Shown here in pieces: positions 51,840 to 63,638 of a DNA stretch of 64,000 bases. The notes under the pieces were generated by a model. It was not told the origin of the DNA, made no database searches, and was given only the letters and a program-made list of their open reading frames with translations. Position numbers and translations under genes: made by a program. The stretch covers positions 39,990,001-40,054,000 of the forward strand of contig NC_135890.1 of the NCBI RefSeq assembly GCF_964194155.1, written 5' to 3'. Source of the DNA: Cetorhinus maximus (Eukaryota). Position 1 is the first letter of the stretch. Every line of letters begins with the position of its first letter.

Positions 51840-52200
51840 AGAGAGGCAGGTTCTGCCACAAGTGCCACATATGAGGTGATTATCAGGTATCATTGTGGAG
51901 TGCTATTTTCAGCATTGACACCTGTTGTCATGATGAAGCAGCCACTGTTGGCCAGCGTGCACCACCATGCAATGTTGGCATTTCCTTTTGTTGTTGACAA
52001 GTGTCTCCCATGTGTGAAAATCAATGTTTAGGACCTTCATGTCACACTTGCAAGCATCCCTGAAGTGGAGCTTTGGTCTGATCCTACTGGTCTTCTGGCT
52101 TCACCTACCTCCCCATACAGAATACCCTTGGGATTGTATCCATCTTCCATCCTGTGAACGTGCCCAAGCCAGGCTAGTTGCCTCTGCTTGATGAATGTTC
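51840..52200 (-). mobile_element. RTE-clade LINE 3' fragment
   Basis: Minus-strand translation KQRQLAWLGHVHRMEDGYNPKGILYGE matches the RTE C-terminal LRW.GHV.RM.D.R.PK..LYGE signature. Confidence 0.7.
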
Positions 52201-52929
52201 AAAAACTTGCAGGCCCTTGGACTGGGTCTCCTGCCTTGGAAACTCACCTATTGTCCTTAATAGGACAACAAGCGTGGAGGTAGCCAATTAGGATTCTGCC
52301 TCCCAGAAGGGAGCGCCAGCATTGACAACATGGTGGACTTGGGAACTGCCGTGGACCCAAAGTTTGGGTTCCGCCACCCGCAGGAAAATTCAGCTCAGAG
52401 TCAAAAAGCTACTTATGGCTTATTTTATACTGTGCTCACCAGCAATGTATTTTCTCTGCAAATTCCATCTTGCGTTTTCTGACTTTGATACCTCTAACAA
52501 CTAGTTTGTGACCTATAATGATGCCAACTCCTCATTCAGCAGTAGCTGTACTCTTGAAGCTGCCAGTTGCTACCCTTTGTTGCTCGCCATTGACATGTCA
52601 GTTTTGTTGCGTAGACAGAATGCAACACACTTGTTCACAGCTGTTTTGAAAAGAGCGCAATAAAGTCGAAGCACAAGCATGGTTAGGATATGGGAGGCAG
52701 GCTCTGTGCAGGTATGTTTAAACTGGTAGCTTAAACTTCTAGTTTGAGCTAAAATGCTCCCACTTTTGGAGCCAGGGGAGTTTAAGCAGCAGAAGAGACA
52801 AAATTGGGAGAGAAAGGGCAAAGGATGCATTAGTGACCAAGGATAGAGCTGTAGAGGAAAGGGGCTGGGTAAATAGCTGCCAGACCATAAGCCATCTTAC
52901 TTTTTTATTCATGTAGCATTTAATATAAT

Positions 52930-54120
52930 TATAGAATGGTTACAGCAGAGAATGAGGCCATTTGGCTCATTGTGTGCCTGCTGACTCATTGAAGGAGTAA
53001 TTCATATAATGCCACTTCCCACCTTCTCCCCATAGCCCTTCACATTCTTCCTTTTTAGATAATAATCCAATTCCCTCTTCAATGCCTAGATTGAACTTGT
53101 CTTCACCACATTCTCCAGCAGTGCATTCCAGATCCTAACCACTTGCTGCGTGAAGAAGTTTTCCCTCATGTCACTATTCCTCTTGGAACTCAACTTCTGC
53201 CCTCTGGTTCCTGACCCTTCCACCAATGGGAACACCTATCTATTCTGTCCAGACCCCTCATGATTTTGAATACCTTTATCAAATCTCCTCTCAACTTTCT
53301 CTTCTCCAAGGGAAAGAGTCCCAACTTCTCCAATCTACGTAATTGAAGATTAATTAATAATTAATCATCCTGGGAACCATTCTCGTGAAGTCTTTTCTTC
53401 ACCCTCTCTAATGCCTTCACATCCTTCTTAAAGTATGGCAGCTAGAACTGGATGCTGTACTCCAGTTGAGGCTGAACCAGTGTCTTATTCAAGTTTAACA
53501 TAAGCTCCTTGCTTTTGTACTCTATGCCCCTATTGATAAAGTCTAGGATGCCAAATGCTTTATTAACCACTCTCTCAACTTGCCCTGTCACCTTCAGCAA
53601 TTTATGCACATATACACCCATGTTCCTCTGCACCCTCACTCCTTTTTAGAATTGTACCCTTTATTTTATATTGTCTCTCCGCATTCTTTCTACTTATCAA
53701 AGTGAATCACTTCACATTTCTCTGCATTGGATTTAATCTGCCATTTGTCTGCCCATTCTGCCAATTTGTTTATGCCCTTTTGAGAAGTTCTACACTGTCT
53801 TCTTCACAGTTCAAGATAATGTCTGCAAATTTTGAAATTATGCCCAGTATACCAAGCTCTAGGTCATTAATATATAACAGGAAGAGCCAAGGGTCCCAAC
53901 ACTGGCCCCTGGGGAACTCCATTATAAACCTTCCTCCAATCGGAAAAACCAGTATTTACCACTACTGCTTGCTGTCACTCAGCCAATTTCATATCCATGT
54001 TGCTATTGTCCCTTTTATTCCATAAGCTCTAACTTTGCTCACAAGTCTGTTGTGCGTCACTGTATCAAATATCTTTTGGAAGTCCGCGTACGCCTCATCA
54101 ACAGCATTACCCTCATCAAT
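52930..54120 (-). mobile_element. CR1 LINE 3' fragment
   Basis: ORF KAFGILDFINRGIEYKSKELMLNLNKTLVQPQLEYSIQF, plus a GVPQGPVLGP-like segment near 53885-53920. Confidence 0.85.
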
Positions 54121-55117
54121 AGTATATCAGCTTAAATAATGTGCTTTCCTAGATTGGGGCTTGAACCCATAACCTTCTAACTATGAGACAGAAGTGATAC
54201 CTGATGATCCAAGTAAATGCTAGAGGTAACAAGATATGTTCCTATAGAGAACATAAATTGAGGTATATGGAAAGAAGGTGGTGATTAGGTTTGGTTCCAT
54301 TCAATCAACACAAATTGGCCAAATACATTTTCTCTGTTCATTAAAGTTCATGAATGAAGTTCTTGTGACACATTTTCCCTTCCAGATCTGGCACAGTTGT
54401 GCTCCTGATAGTAAATATATGTATTGAATTGCTGCAACCAACCACAATAGTTTCCTCATTTACTTGTATTGAAGTAATCGTATGGTAGAATTACAGCTTG
54501 ATATGCAGGAGATGATAGCAAATAGTAGGTGTGAAGACATGTAAAATAAAAGCAAAATCCTGCAGGTGCTGGAAATCTGAAATAGAAACAGAAAATGCTG
54601 GAAAAATTCAGCAAGTCTTGCAGCATCTGTGGAGAGAGAGGATCTAGAACGAGGAGTTACTGTTTAAAAATAAGGGGTCGTTCATTTAAGACAGAGATGA
54701 GGAGAAATATTTTCTCTAAGTGTTGAGTCTTTGGAACTCTCTTCCTCAAAAAACAGTGGAAGCAGAGTCTTTGAGTATTTTTAAGGCAGAGCTAGATAGA
54801 TTCTTGATTAACAAGAGGATGAAAGGTTATCGGGGGTAGGCAGGAATGTGAGGTTGAGAACAAAGAACAAAGAAAAGTACAGCACAGGAACAGGCCCTTA
54901 GGCCCTCCAAGCCTGCACCGATCATATTGCCTGTCAAACTAAAACATTTTGTACTTCCGGGGTCCAAAATATTTTAGTTTGACAGGCAATATGAGGTTAC
55001 AGTCAGATCAGCCATGGCCTTATTGAATGGTGGAGCAGGCTCAAGTGGCCTGCTCTGAATTCGTATGTTAACGTATTGAAGAGCCAGTTTTGAAGATGAG
55101 TCATATTGGACTCAAAA

Positions 55118-55400
55118 ATAAAAACAAAAAGCTACTGCGGATGCTGGAACAAAGACCACCACCTTCAACACCTCTTTGACCCTTTTGTCTCTGACATCTT
55201 TTGATTATCTGCTCACACCACACCCTCAATGTGTCTCTTCCCCCCCACCCACCTTAAACCAATTTATATTTCTCCCTTGTTGAAACTATGCTTCAGTTCT
55301 GCCGAAGAGCCATGAGGGCTCGAAACGTTGACTGATTTCTTCTCCGCCGATGCTGCCAGACTTGCTGAGTTTTTCCAGGTAATTCTGTTTTTATTTTGTT
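55118..55400 (+). mobile_element. Young Penelope-like insertion with inverted 32 bp terminal segment
   Basis: 12 bp TSD TTGGACTCAAAA (55106-55117, 55401-55412). Only two substitutions relative to the 31.6 kb right arm across 55299-55400. Confidence 0.88.
55293..55335 (+). ncRNA. Minimal type I hammerhead ribozyme-like motif (variant C6 core)
   Basis: Stem I UCAGUU/GACUGA, core CUGCCGA+A, stem II GAGCC/GGCUC, then GAAA, palindromic AACGUU in place of stem III, and predicted cleavage triplet GUU ending at 55329. Activity untested. Confidence 0.65.
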
Positions 55401-56105
55401 TTGGACTCAAAACGCTAACTCTGTTTCTCTCTCTACAGATGGTGCCAGATCTGCTGGGTTTTTCCATCTTTTTCTTTTTTTGTTCACAAAAACATGTGGT
55501 TGGTATACTTTTACAAAAGAATAATTCGAGGAAAAATTCTAGGTGTCTAAAATGTGATTAAGCAAGTTTTGCGAGTGATTTAATTGAACTCCCATTGATT
55601 AACAAAGCAGAGTAAAATTCACATTATCTAGATATGTTGCCATTCTACTCAGTGGCTATTTTGGAAGGTTAAATGTCATTTCATCAGAGACTTTTAGCTT
55701 TTATAATTTACAGTGCAGTGTGGAAATGACCTTTACATCAAACGGAAAAACCGTGTATTCTTCAAGAACTTGAACTAAGTGTAGCAGGCTAATGACTTCT
55801 AATCAGTATGAAATTACTTCAGATCTTGATAATGCTCCTTCATTGTGTCCTGTTTCATATGTAAGAGGAAAAATCATACTGAGCCAGTGAATCAGCTGTA
55901 ACATTGCATTGTTGTGAGGATAATTGCAGCAAATGCTATAATTGCATGTATTGTATAAAAGGGCTATGTTAACCTTGTCAGTGGACAAGATTTACCATAC
56001 TTTAAAAGGAACTTTTGAAAAACAGTGACAGGATTCTAATTCAATCCAAATTAAATAATGTTTTTAAGAACATTACAGCCTCTGAGGACTAAATATGTAC
56101 ATATA

Positions 56106-56524
56106 CTGTATGTACTGGAGTAATAGCCAATCTTGTGTAAAAATTGACCCCCAATTTTTGGCTAAAAAATCATTCATTTTTCATATTTCTCATGTACTTC
56201 TCATTTCTCATAACTTTTGGCCAAAAAAGTGCAAACTCTTTTGTACACAAATTAATGCCTGTTTCCATGAGAGGTTATTATTTATTTATTTCTAAATAAA
56301 AATTCGACAATAAAAGTACTTTTTCGCTCCTTTTGTGCTACTTTTGGGGTTGGCGAGAACAATTTTCAAACTGGCAACTCTGCAGTAGCAAGCTGATGGG
56401 AAAGAGAGGATTTTAACCTCTCAAGACTATTACTCGTGTAATAGTCACGCTCTCCCCCCGCCCCCCTACTTTTTTGGCTAAAAATTTAGTCTTAGAAACT
56501 TGACTTTTACACGAGTGCATATGG
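56106..56524. mobile_element. Non-autonomous Tc1/mariner-superfamily (pogo/Tigger-like) DNA transposon
   Basis: TA|CTGTATGTACTGGAGTAA ... TTACACGAGTGCATATGG|TA: degenerate terminal inverted repeats with TA TSD. The internal motif TTTTTGGCTAAAAA occurs twice. Confidence 0.65.
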
Positions 56525-56789
56525 TAGTGATTTTCACCCTTTAGGTCAAAAGTGTGTATCTGAGCAGCTGATAGTATGATCACACTTGAAGATATCGCTA
56601 CATGCTGTATAAAATTTCATTATGAATAATGTTCCAAGAGAACTCTGATCACCATTTAGGCATCTGACTCAGTAATGGCATACAATGGCAAGTTCTTACA
56701 ACAAACCCAACTTGTATTTATATAACGCCTTTAATGTAATGAAACATCCCACAACGCTTACAGAAGTATTATAAAGCAAACTTTGATAC

Positions 56790-58415
56790 ATAGGACTTAG
56801 GAGCAGGAGTAGGCCATTTGGCCCTTCTTGCCTGCTGCACCATTCGATAAGATCATGGCTGATCTGATTGTGGTCTCAACTGCACTTGCCTGTCTGTTCC
56901 CTGACTCCCTTGTCTATCAAAAATCTATCCAACTCAGCCTCGAATAAATTCAGTGATAGATCTCCTACTGCTTTCTGAGGAAGAGAATTCCACAGACTAA
57001 CCACACACTGAGAAAAAAAAATTCTCCCAGTCTCCATGTTAGAGAGACCTCTTGTTTTTAAACTGTCCCCGAGTTTTAGTCTCCCCCACCAGAGGAAACA
57101 TCCTTCTGGCATCCACCCTATCAAGTCCTCTCAGGATCTTACATGTTTCAATAAGATCACCTCTCATTCTTCTAAACTCCAATGGGTATAGGCGCAACCT
57201 GTTCAACTTTTCTTCGTAAGATAAGCCCTGCATACCAGGAATGAGTCGAGTGAACCTTCTCTGAACTGCTTCTAACACATTTATATCCTTTTTCAAATAA
57301 GGAGACCAAAACTGTGTACACAGTACTCCAAAGTGGTTCACCAATATGCAGGTACATCTGCAGTAAAACTTCCCTCTTTCTATATTCCATTCCCTTTGCA
57401 GTAAGCACCAACATTCCATTTGCCTTCCTAAACACTTGATGTACCTGCATGTTAACTTATTGTGATTCATGTGCCAGGACACCCAGACCCTTTTGCACCA
57501 TCAAGTTGTGCAATCTTTCTCCATTTAAATAGTACACTGCTTTTCTATTCTTCCTGCCAAAGTGGACAAGCTCACATTTTCCCACATTGTACTCCATCTG
57601 CCAATTTTTTACCCACTCTCTTAACCTATCTATATCCCTTTGTACGCTCTTACCTCTTATTGAGAAATTGCTTTCCTACCTATCTTGGTGTCGTTGGAAA
57701 ATTTAGCTATCATACATTTGGTCCTCTCATCCAAGTCATTGATATAGATTATAAATAATTGAGGCCCCAGTACTGATTCCTGTGGCACTCCACTACTTAT
57801 AGCTTGCCAACCCAAAAAATGACCCATTTATCCCAACTTTTGTTAGTTAACCAGCCCTCTATTCATGCTAATATGTTACACCCTTCACGTTGAGTGTTTA
57901 TTTTGTATAGCAACATTTGATGTGGCACCTTATCAAATGCCTTTTAGACACCCAAGTACACCATATCTACAGGTTCTTCTTTATCCACATTGCTTGTTAC
58001 TTCCTCAAAGAGCTCTAATAAATTAGTCAAACATGGTTTCCCTTTCAGAACACCATGTTGACTTAGCCTGATCTCATTATGAATTTCTAAGTATCCTGCT
58101 ATAACGTCCTAAATAATGGTTTCTAGCAATTGTCCTATGACAGATGTTAGGCTAACTGGCCTATAGTTTCCTGCTTTCTGCCTTCCTCCCCTTACTCCAA
58201 TAAAGGAGTTGCATTTGCTATTTTCCAATTCATGGGATCCTTCCAGAATCTAAGGAGTTTTTGGAAGGTTTACAATGTCTCAGCTATCTCTGCATCTACT
58301 TATTTTAAGACCGTCAGATGCAGGCCATCAGGCCTTGAGGACTTGTCAGTCTTTAGGTCTAATAGCTTTCCAAGTACCCTTTCCCTGGTGATATTGATTG
58401 TTTTAAGTTCAAATT
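56790..58415 (-). mobile_element. CR1 LINE 3' half nested in L2
   Basis: ORF QFWSPYLKKDINVLEAVQRRFTRLIPGM...RRMRGDLIET; closely related to the CR1 at 22801-24453. Confidence 0.9.
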
Positions 58416-58632
58416 ATGTTGTTCAGTTGTTTTAAAAATGCAGACCACACAAGGCAATATTAGGGCATACGGCTAAATACTTTGTAATAGAGATTGGTTT
58501 AAGCGGTGTCTTAAAGGAGGAAAGAGAGTTCGAGAGAGAACATAGAGCCTAGACAGCTGAAGGCACGACCACTAATGATGGAGCATTTAAAATTGGGCAT
58601 GTTCAAAAGGCCAGACTTAGATGAGTGCGGAT

Positions 58633-59775
58633 TGTTATTATCTCTGTGGAAACTGTTGACATTTCAAGAAAATTCGAACACCCAGTGATTAACTGAAAGA
58701 ACTACACCACAAGATTTCACATTTTTAAACAAAAACAAACTTTACTGTATATAAAAAAAACTAAGCAAGCACTTCTAACTGTAGTTGTAAGGACTCAAAT
58801 TCTTAAACCCCGTTCTATTTTTTAATTCCGCCCACGAGTTCTCTTATACATTACGAGATCCTGAGGGTTCATTCACTTCTGGGACCAAATCAAGGTGTGT
58901 CACAGCTCTCCGGAATTCACTCTGATTTACTCCTCAGTGTTCCAGATATTCTCTGAGATATGACATTTCACAGGGATCCTTCTATTAGCTTTTGGCTAAG
59001 TGACCGTCCAACTCTTCTTCAAAACCTCATGGCTGTGGGCTCCTTAGTTCAAGAGTGAGGCTTCACTGCATTGTTGTTTAGTGGTTCCACATCAGAAAAC
59101 CCCCTAGATTTCTAGTAGCTCTCTGCTCCTGGTCTCACAGCTCCTCTACAGGCCCTGGCAGACTCTATCCCTGCCTTTTCCAAGCTCCAACCAAGCTGAC
59201 TGTTGACTGATTGTTTCAGTGAGCAAACACACAGCGATAAAGTAAAACAAAGGAACTCTCCTAACTCCATGGCAATGTGGCAAACTTCTGGGTGCTGCAA
59301 ACAGAAATGTAAACAGATTATCGTTTACCTTCAAAACAACCCTTTTGATTCTGTGCCCCACATGAATAGTTTATCTCTAATGAGGTAACAGCCCTTTTCC
59401 CAAACTTCCTGGTTCCATCAAGAATCCCCCTTGTTTACAAGGTACTTTTAGCTTCTTTTCACCTGGAAACTACATGAATAATTTAAATTCTTCATTGAAA
59501 TAACAGTACACATCCTAGCTCTGCAAGAGGTCAGAGATGGGTTATCCATTGTTTAAGGTTTTCCCACTTACAACTTTGACCTTAAAAAAGTAAACTGTGT
59601 TTATTTTAACACGGTAATGAACCCAGGTCTGGTTAATTTACACTCACTTCAGATGTTTACCATTTTTTTTCGATCATGTTTTCCATTTATCTACATTTAT
59701 AAAAAGTTACAATCTCCAAAGTATAAGTTATATTTCTAAAATAGATATGAATTATGAAACTAGATTTCTGCAATA
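58633..59775. mobile_element. Possible solo LTR (about 1.1 kb) inserted in L2
   Basis: Begins TGTTATT, ends near CAATA, flanks GGAT/AGAT, and the host L2 sequence is continuous across it. Confidence 0.4.
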
Positions 59776-62700
59776 AGATATCTCGGAGAGTTGAAAGCTC
59801 ATCTCGGGTCAGTTGTGACATCAAGATTGCTATCGGTCTAGTTCAACCTGGCAAAGGTGTGAATTCTAAAATTGAGGAATTACTTGATCTGGAGCCAGAT
59901 AGGTCAGTGCGCAAGGTAGGTCAGTTGCCAGGGAGAGGGCTGGAGCCAATAGCTGGGGAGCAGAGTTTGTTGACTGGACGGAAGACTGACTTCAGACTTC
60001 CCAATATTTAATTGGAGGAAATTTCTGCTCATCCAGTACTGAATGTTGGACAAGCAGTTTAATATTTTAACAACAGCAGAGGAGTAGAGAGAGAGGTGGT
60101 GTTCAGATAGAGCTTGGCATTGTCAGCCTGTGAAAACTAGTGCTGTGTTTTCAGATGATATCACCAAGGAGTAGCATGTAGATAAGAAATGGGATGGACC
60201 AAGGATAGATCCTTGGAGTATACCAGAGGTAGCAGCGCAGGAGCAGGAAGAGGAGCCATTGCAAGTAATACTCTGGCTATGACTAGATAGATGAGAATGG
60301 AACCAGGCAGTTGTAGCCAACTGGATGACGGTGGAGAAACATTGGTGAAGGATAGTGTGGTCGACCGAGTCAAAGGATGCAGGCAAATTGCGAAGGCTGA
60401 AGAGGAATAATTTACCTTAGCTAGTTCAGCATTAATATCCTTGTCTGTCTGTATGCTGTATTAATTTCCTTTCATCAAGAAAGGTAGCTGAATAGTGTTC
60501 CAGGTGCTTGGTATCTCAATTCACACATGAAGAATGAGCATTTTGGGTGTGATACCAAAAAGTTGATGTTAACTGTGAAATTGCATCCCAGCATGATTCA
60601 CTGCTTTTATGGGGGGAAAAATTGGCAGAGAAACAAAAAGGCAAAAGAACCCTGTTGATGAATGGAAAACATGTAGACATAAAGTTATAAATTGTTGATG
60701 AGCACAGCACAAAACTGGTGAATCTTTCAAGCTCAATTTTTATTTGTAGCAGGAGCCATTGATCGATATCATAAACATATATGGTATTTAATTTGGCTGC
60801 CAAGACCATGTTGATCCTCAAACCATCACAGTCAATGTTAGTGTAGCATACAGACAACAGATGTTGAGCAATTTCAGTGATCAGTATGTCTTCATCCCCC
60901 GTTATATCTCATTTGTTTTCAATGCCAGATGCTGCCTGTCTGCTAATTGCTAACGGTGGTTTAGAATGCTATAACATTGTTTACATAAATGTTGTATTTG
61001 GATTTTTTGTTGCTTTATATTGTCACTTAGATTAACAGTTAACAAATTTGGTGACTCTGCTTGTCACTTGTGACTGATAAGTTTTAAAATTTGTTTATTT
61101 AAGACCATTTAACATACTATAGCTATTATTTTGAATTATTTGGAACAATCTCATAATGAGCTGTCTGAATTATTCACTATCACCTGTCAGAGTGATTGGA
61201 CTGAAAATTGTTAATATTAGAGGATCAGTATTCTCTACTTTGTTATTGGTGATAGGATGAATAATATGAGTAAAACACCAAGAATCTGGGAAACAAAAAC
61301 AGGATGTAGAGATGATAATATATTAAACTCTTTGGAAAAACCTACTTGGTAATCTCCAGGACAAGGTTTGAACAGTAGCCTTTTCCATTTTTTTGAAGAT
61401 TACTAAAGTTTTCTGTGATAGTTTAAGTCAGTGGTAGCACTCCTGCCCAATTCAGAAGAATGTGGGGTCAGGCATTACTCCAGGAATTAAGAATATACAT
61501 TTGGCTGATGTTTCAGTGTAGTACTGAGAGAATATCAGATTATTGGAATTATTACATCTAAGAGATGTAAAACTGAGCCCCATTTTGTCTGCTGATGCAA
61601 AAGATTACAAGGCACTATCCAAAGAACAAGGAAACTTTCCCAGCATCCTGGCCACCAATTATCCCTGAATAGTACGACCTAAAAAGATTAACTGGTCACA
61701 CTATTGTTTGTGGGTACTTGCTGTGTAGAAATTGATGGATTTGTCTGCATAACAACAGTAACAATAACAGTCAAAAGTAATTAATTGGGTATAAATCATT
61801 TTTTGATATTTTCTGGAAAGCATGTTTTTATCATCAACTTTTTCTTATATTCATTTATTCATTTAAATTAATTTTTAGAATGTGTTAATCATACATTTTA
61901 TTTTTTCCTACTCTTTTAAAGCTAATAGGTAACATACACCCCCTTTTCTGCTTCATTCTGCTGTCTAACTCCATCATCATCCATATCACTTTGGTTGTTC
62001 CCCCTTGTGGGAATGTAACTAAACTACATTTGAGCCAGCTCGTTTTTAAAGGTTACCCATCACTCCATTTCAGTTCTGCCTGCCAGTCTTTAGCAACATT
62101 TTATCCAGACTAGGGGTCTCCTTAATTTGCTGAAATTAGCCCTTCTCCAGAAAGTATTTTTATGCACTTTAGAAATTCCTCCCCTTCAAATGCAAATTAG
62201 GTAGATTTCTTTGTGATAATATTTTTGGAATACAGCCTAAGATTGATTTGAGACATGACATATAGTAAGTCTGGCTTGTTTAGAAGGAAGGGGTGATTTT
62301 GGGCATTTGGTCCCCAAAGCTTTCCACCACCTGGCATTTTCTTTGCCTTATGTCTGGCTCTGTTGTAGACGAAGTGATAGAAATTGATTAGTCAACGAAT
62401 CCACCATTGTACCATGTGAGTACCAAGTTAGTAGATGGCAAACTGAATGAACCTTGATTTTTTTTTTCACCTAGCAATTCCTATTTCAAATGAATTATTG
62501 CTGCTTTGACCTCTCAGCTTAGAAGCATGCATGCTTTAACATTGTGAATGTCCTAAGAACAGAAGAAATAGGAGCAGGAGTGGACCATATGCCCCCTTGA
62601 GCCTGCTCCTTCATTTGGTATGATCATTGCTGATCATTTACCTCAACTATCTCAATATCTAAGCTTGCTTGCTAGTTTAGGGTCTGAGAAACTTACTTGA

Positions 62701-63129
62701 AGTCTTGTAGTGTGATGATCATGTTTTGTTCGATGGTTGAATGAATAAGGAAAAGTACTGGGTTACCTACTGTTGATTGAGTGCTCCTTAATCTTTGTTT
62801 GAAGTTCAGTATCTAATCCAAAGCTTCCTGGGCAGTCCCCCTTTCCTGTTGCTTATCCGGTTATGTTTGAAGTTGGGGCATGATGTCAATAGTATAAACT
62901 AACTTGATAGAAAGATCACCTATGAAGGATAAGGAAAATACTTATAGATCATGATGAATCTTTAAACCAATGGTGCTAGAATATCTTAGGAGTCAGAACT
63001 TTTTGTTAGAAATGCCAATCTAAATTATATAGCCCTTATTTTATTTAACATGGTAAATAGGAACAGATCTAGCAACTTATATCGTTATTCACGCTTAAGA
63101 TTATGTTTTTATCTTTTCCTTAAAATAAG

Positions 63130-63295
63130 AATCCTACACAGGTAGGAACAGCACTTCAAGTTTTCTACAACCTTGGAACCTTAAAGGAGACGATCAGAAG
63201 TGTAGTCGATGGGTATCAGGTATCTCTCGAAGATAATATCAGTAGTGCTTTGGATATAAAAATGTTAACTCAACCCATTCAAGCCACCTCAAGAG
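63130..63295 (+). CDS. COG5: COG5 exon 8 (AAG acceptor, GC donor)
   Basis: [55 protein letters not shown](G). The phase-1 join to exon 9 needs the donor AG|GCAAGT. Confidence 0.9.
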
Positions 63296-63441
63296 GCAAG
63301 TTTGACTTTTATATAAAAATTATATTATGGCAATAGAAATACAATTAACAAGATCATGACATTTGACAATAGCAAATACACTGTTTGAATGTTAATTTCA
63401 TTGAAATGAGAGACAGTGTTCTTAATTCTAAATTATGTCAT

Positions 63442-63442
<1 letters not shown>

Positions 63443-63476
<34 letters not shown>
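63443..63476 (+). repeat. Poly-C homopolymer (about 34 nt) in COG5 intron 8
   Basis: Direct reading; the exact length is uncertain in assemblies. Confidence 0.9.
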
Positions 63477-63477
<1 letters not shown>

Positions 63478-63528
63478 CCTCAGCCATTGTAATTTTGCAT
63501 AATTGTTCTTGCTTTTCAAAACTTACAG

Positions 63529-63638
63529 GACCTGGAAGAGCCACAATGCCCACTCCAGGCAACACACCAGCATTCCGTGCTGCTCTTTGGACGAATATGG
63601 AGAAATTGATGGATCAAATTTGTGCTGCATGTGGACAA
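63529..63638 (+). CDS. COG5: COG5 exon 9 (gene continues beyond the right edge)
   Basis: (G)[36 protein letters not shown]; TACAG acceptor, CAA|GTAAGA donor. Confidence 0.93.

Larger units (their letters stand above)
54542..55480. mobile_element. Nested cluster: older inverted Penelope-like termini interrupted by a CR1 tail (about 54641-55065) and by a young Penelope-like insertion
   Basis: Left arm TAAAAGCAAAATCCTGCAGGTGCTGG...GGAGAGAGAG; right arm CCAGTTTTGAAGATGAGTC...GACTCAAAA[insert]CGCTAACTCTGTTTCTCTC. Confidence 0.75.
56705..60420 (-). mobile_element. L2 LINE split into three pieces by a CR1 and an LTR-like insertion
   Basis: L2 tail at 56705-56790, body at 58440-58632 and 59776-60420 (FDSVDHTIL, WFHSHLS, SGILQGSILGP). 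Confidence 0.7.
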
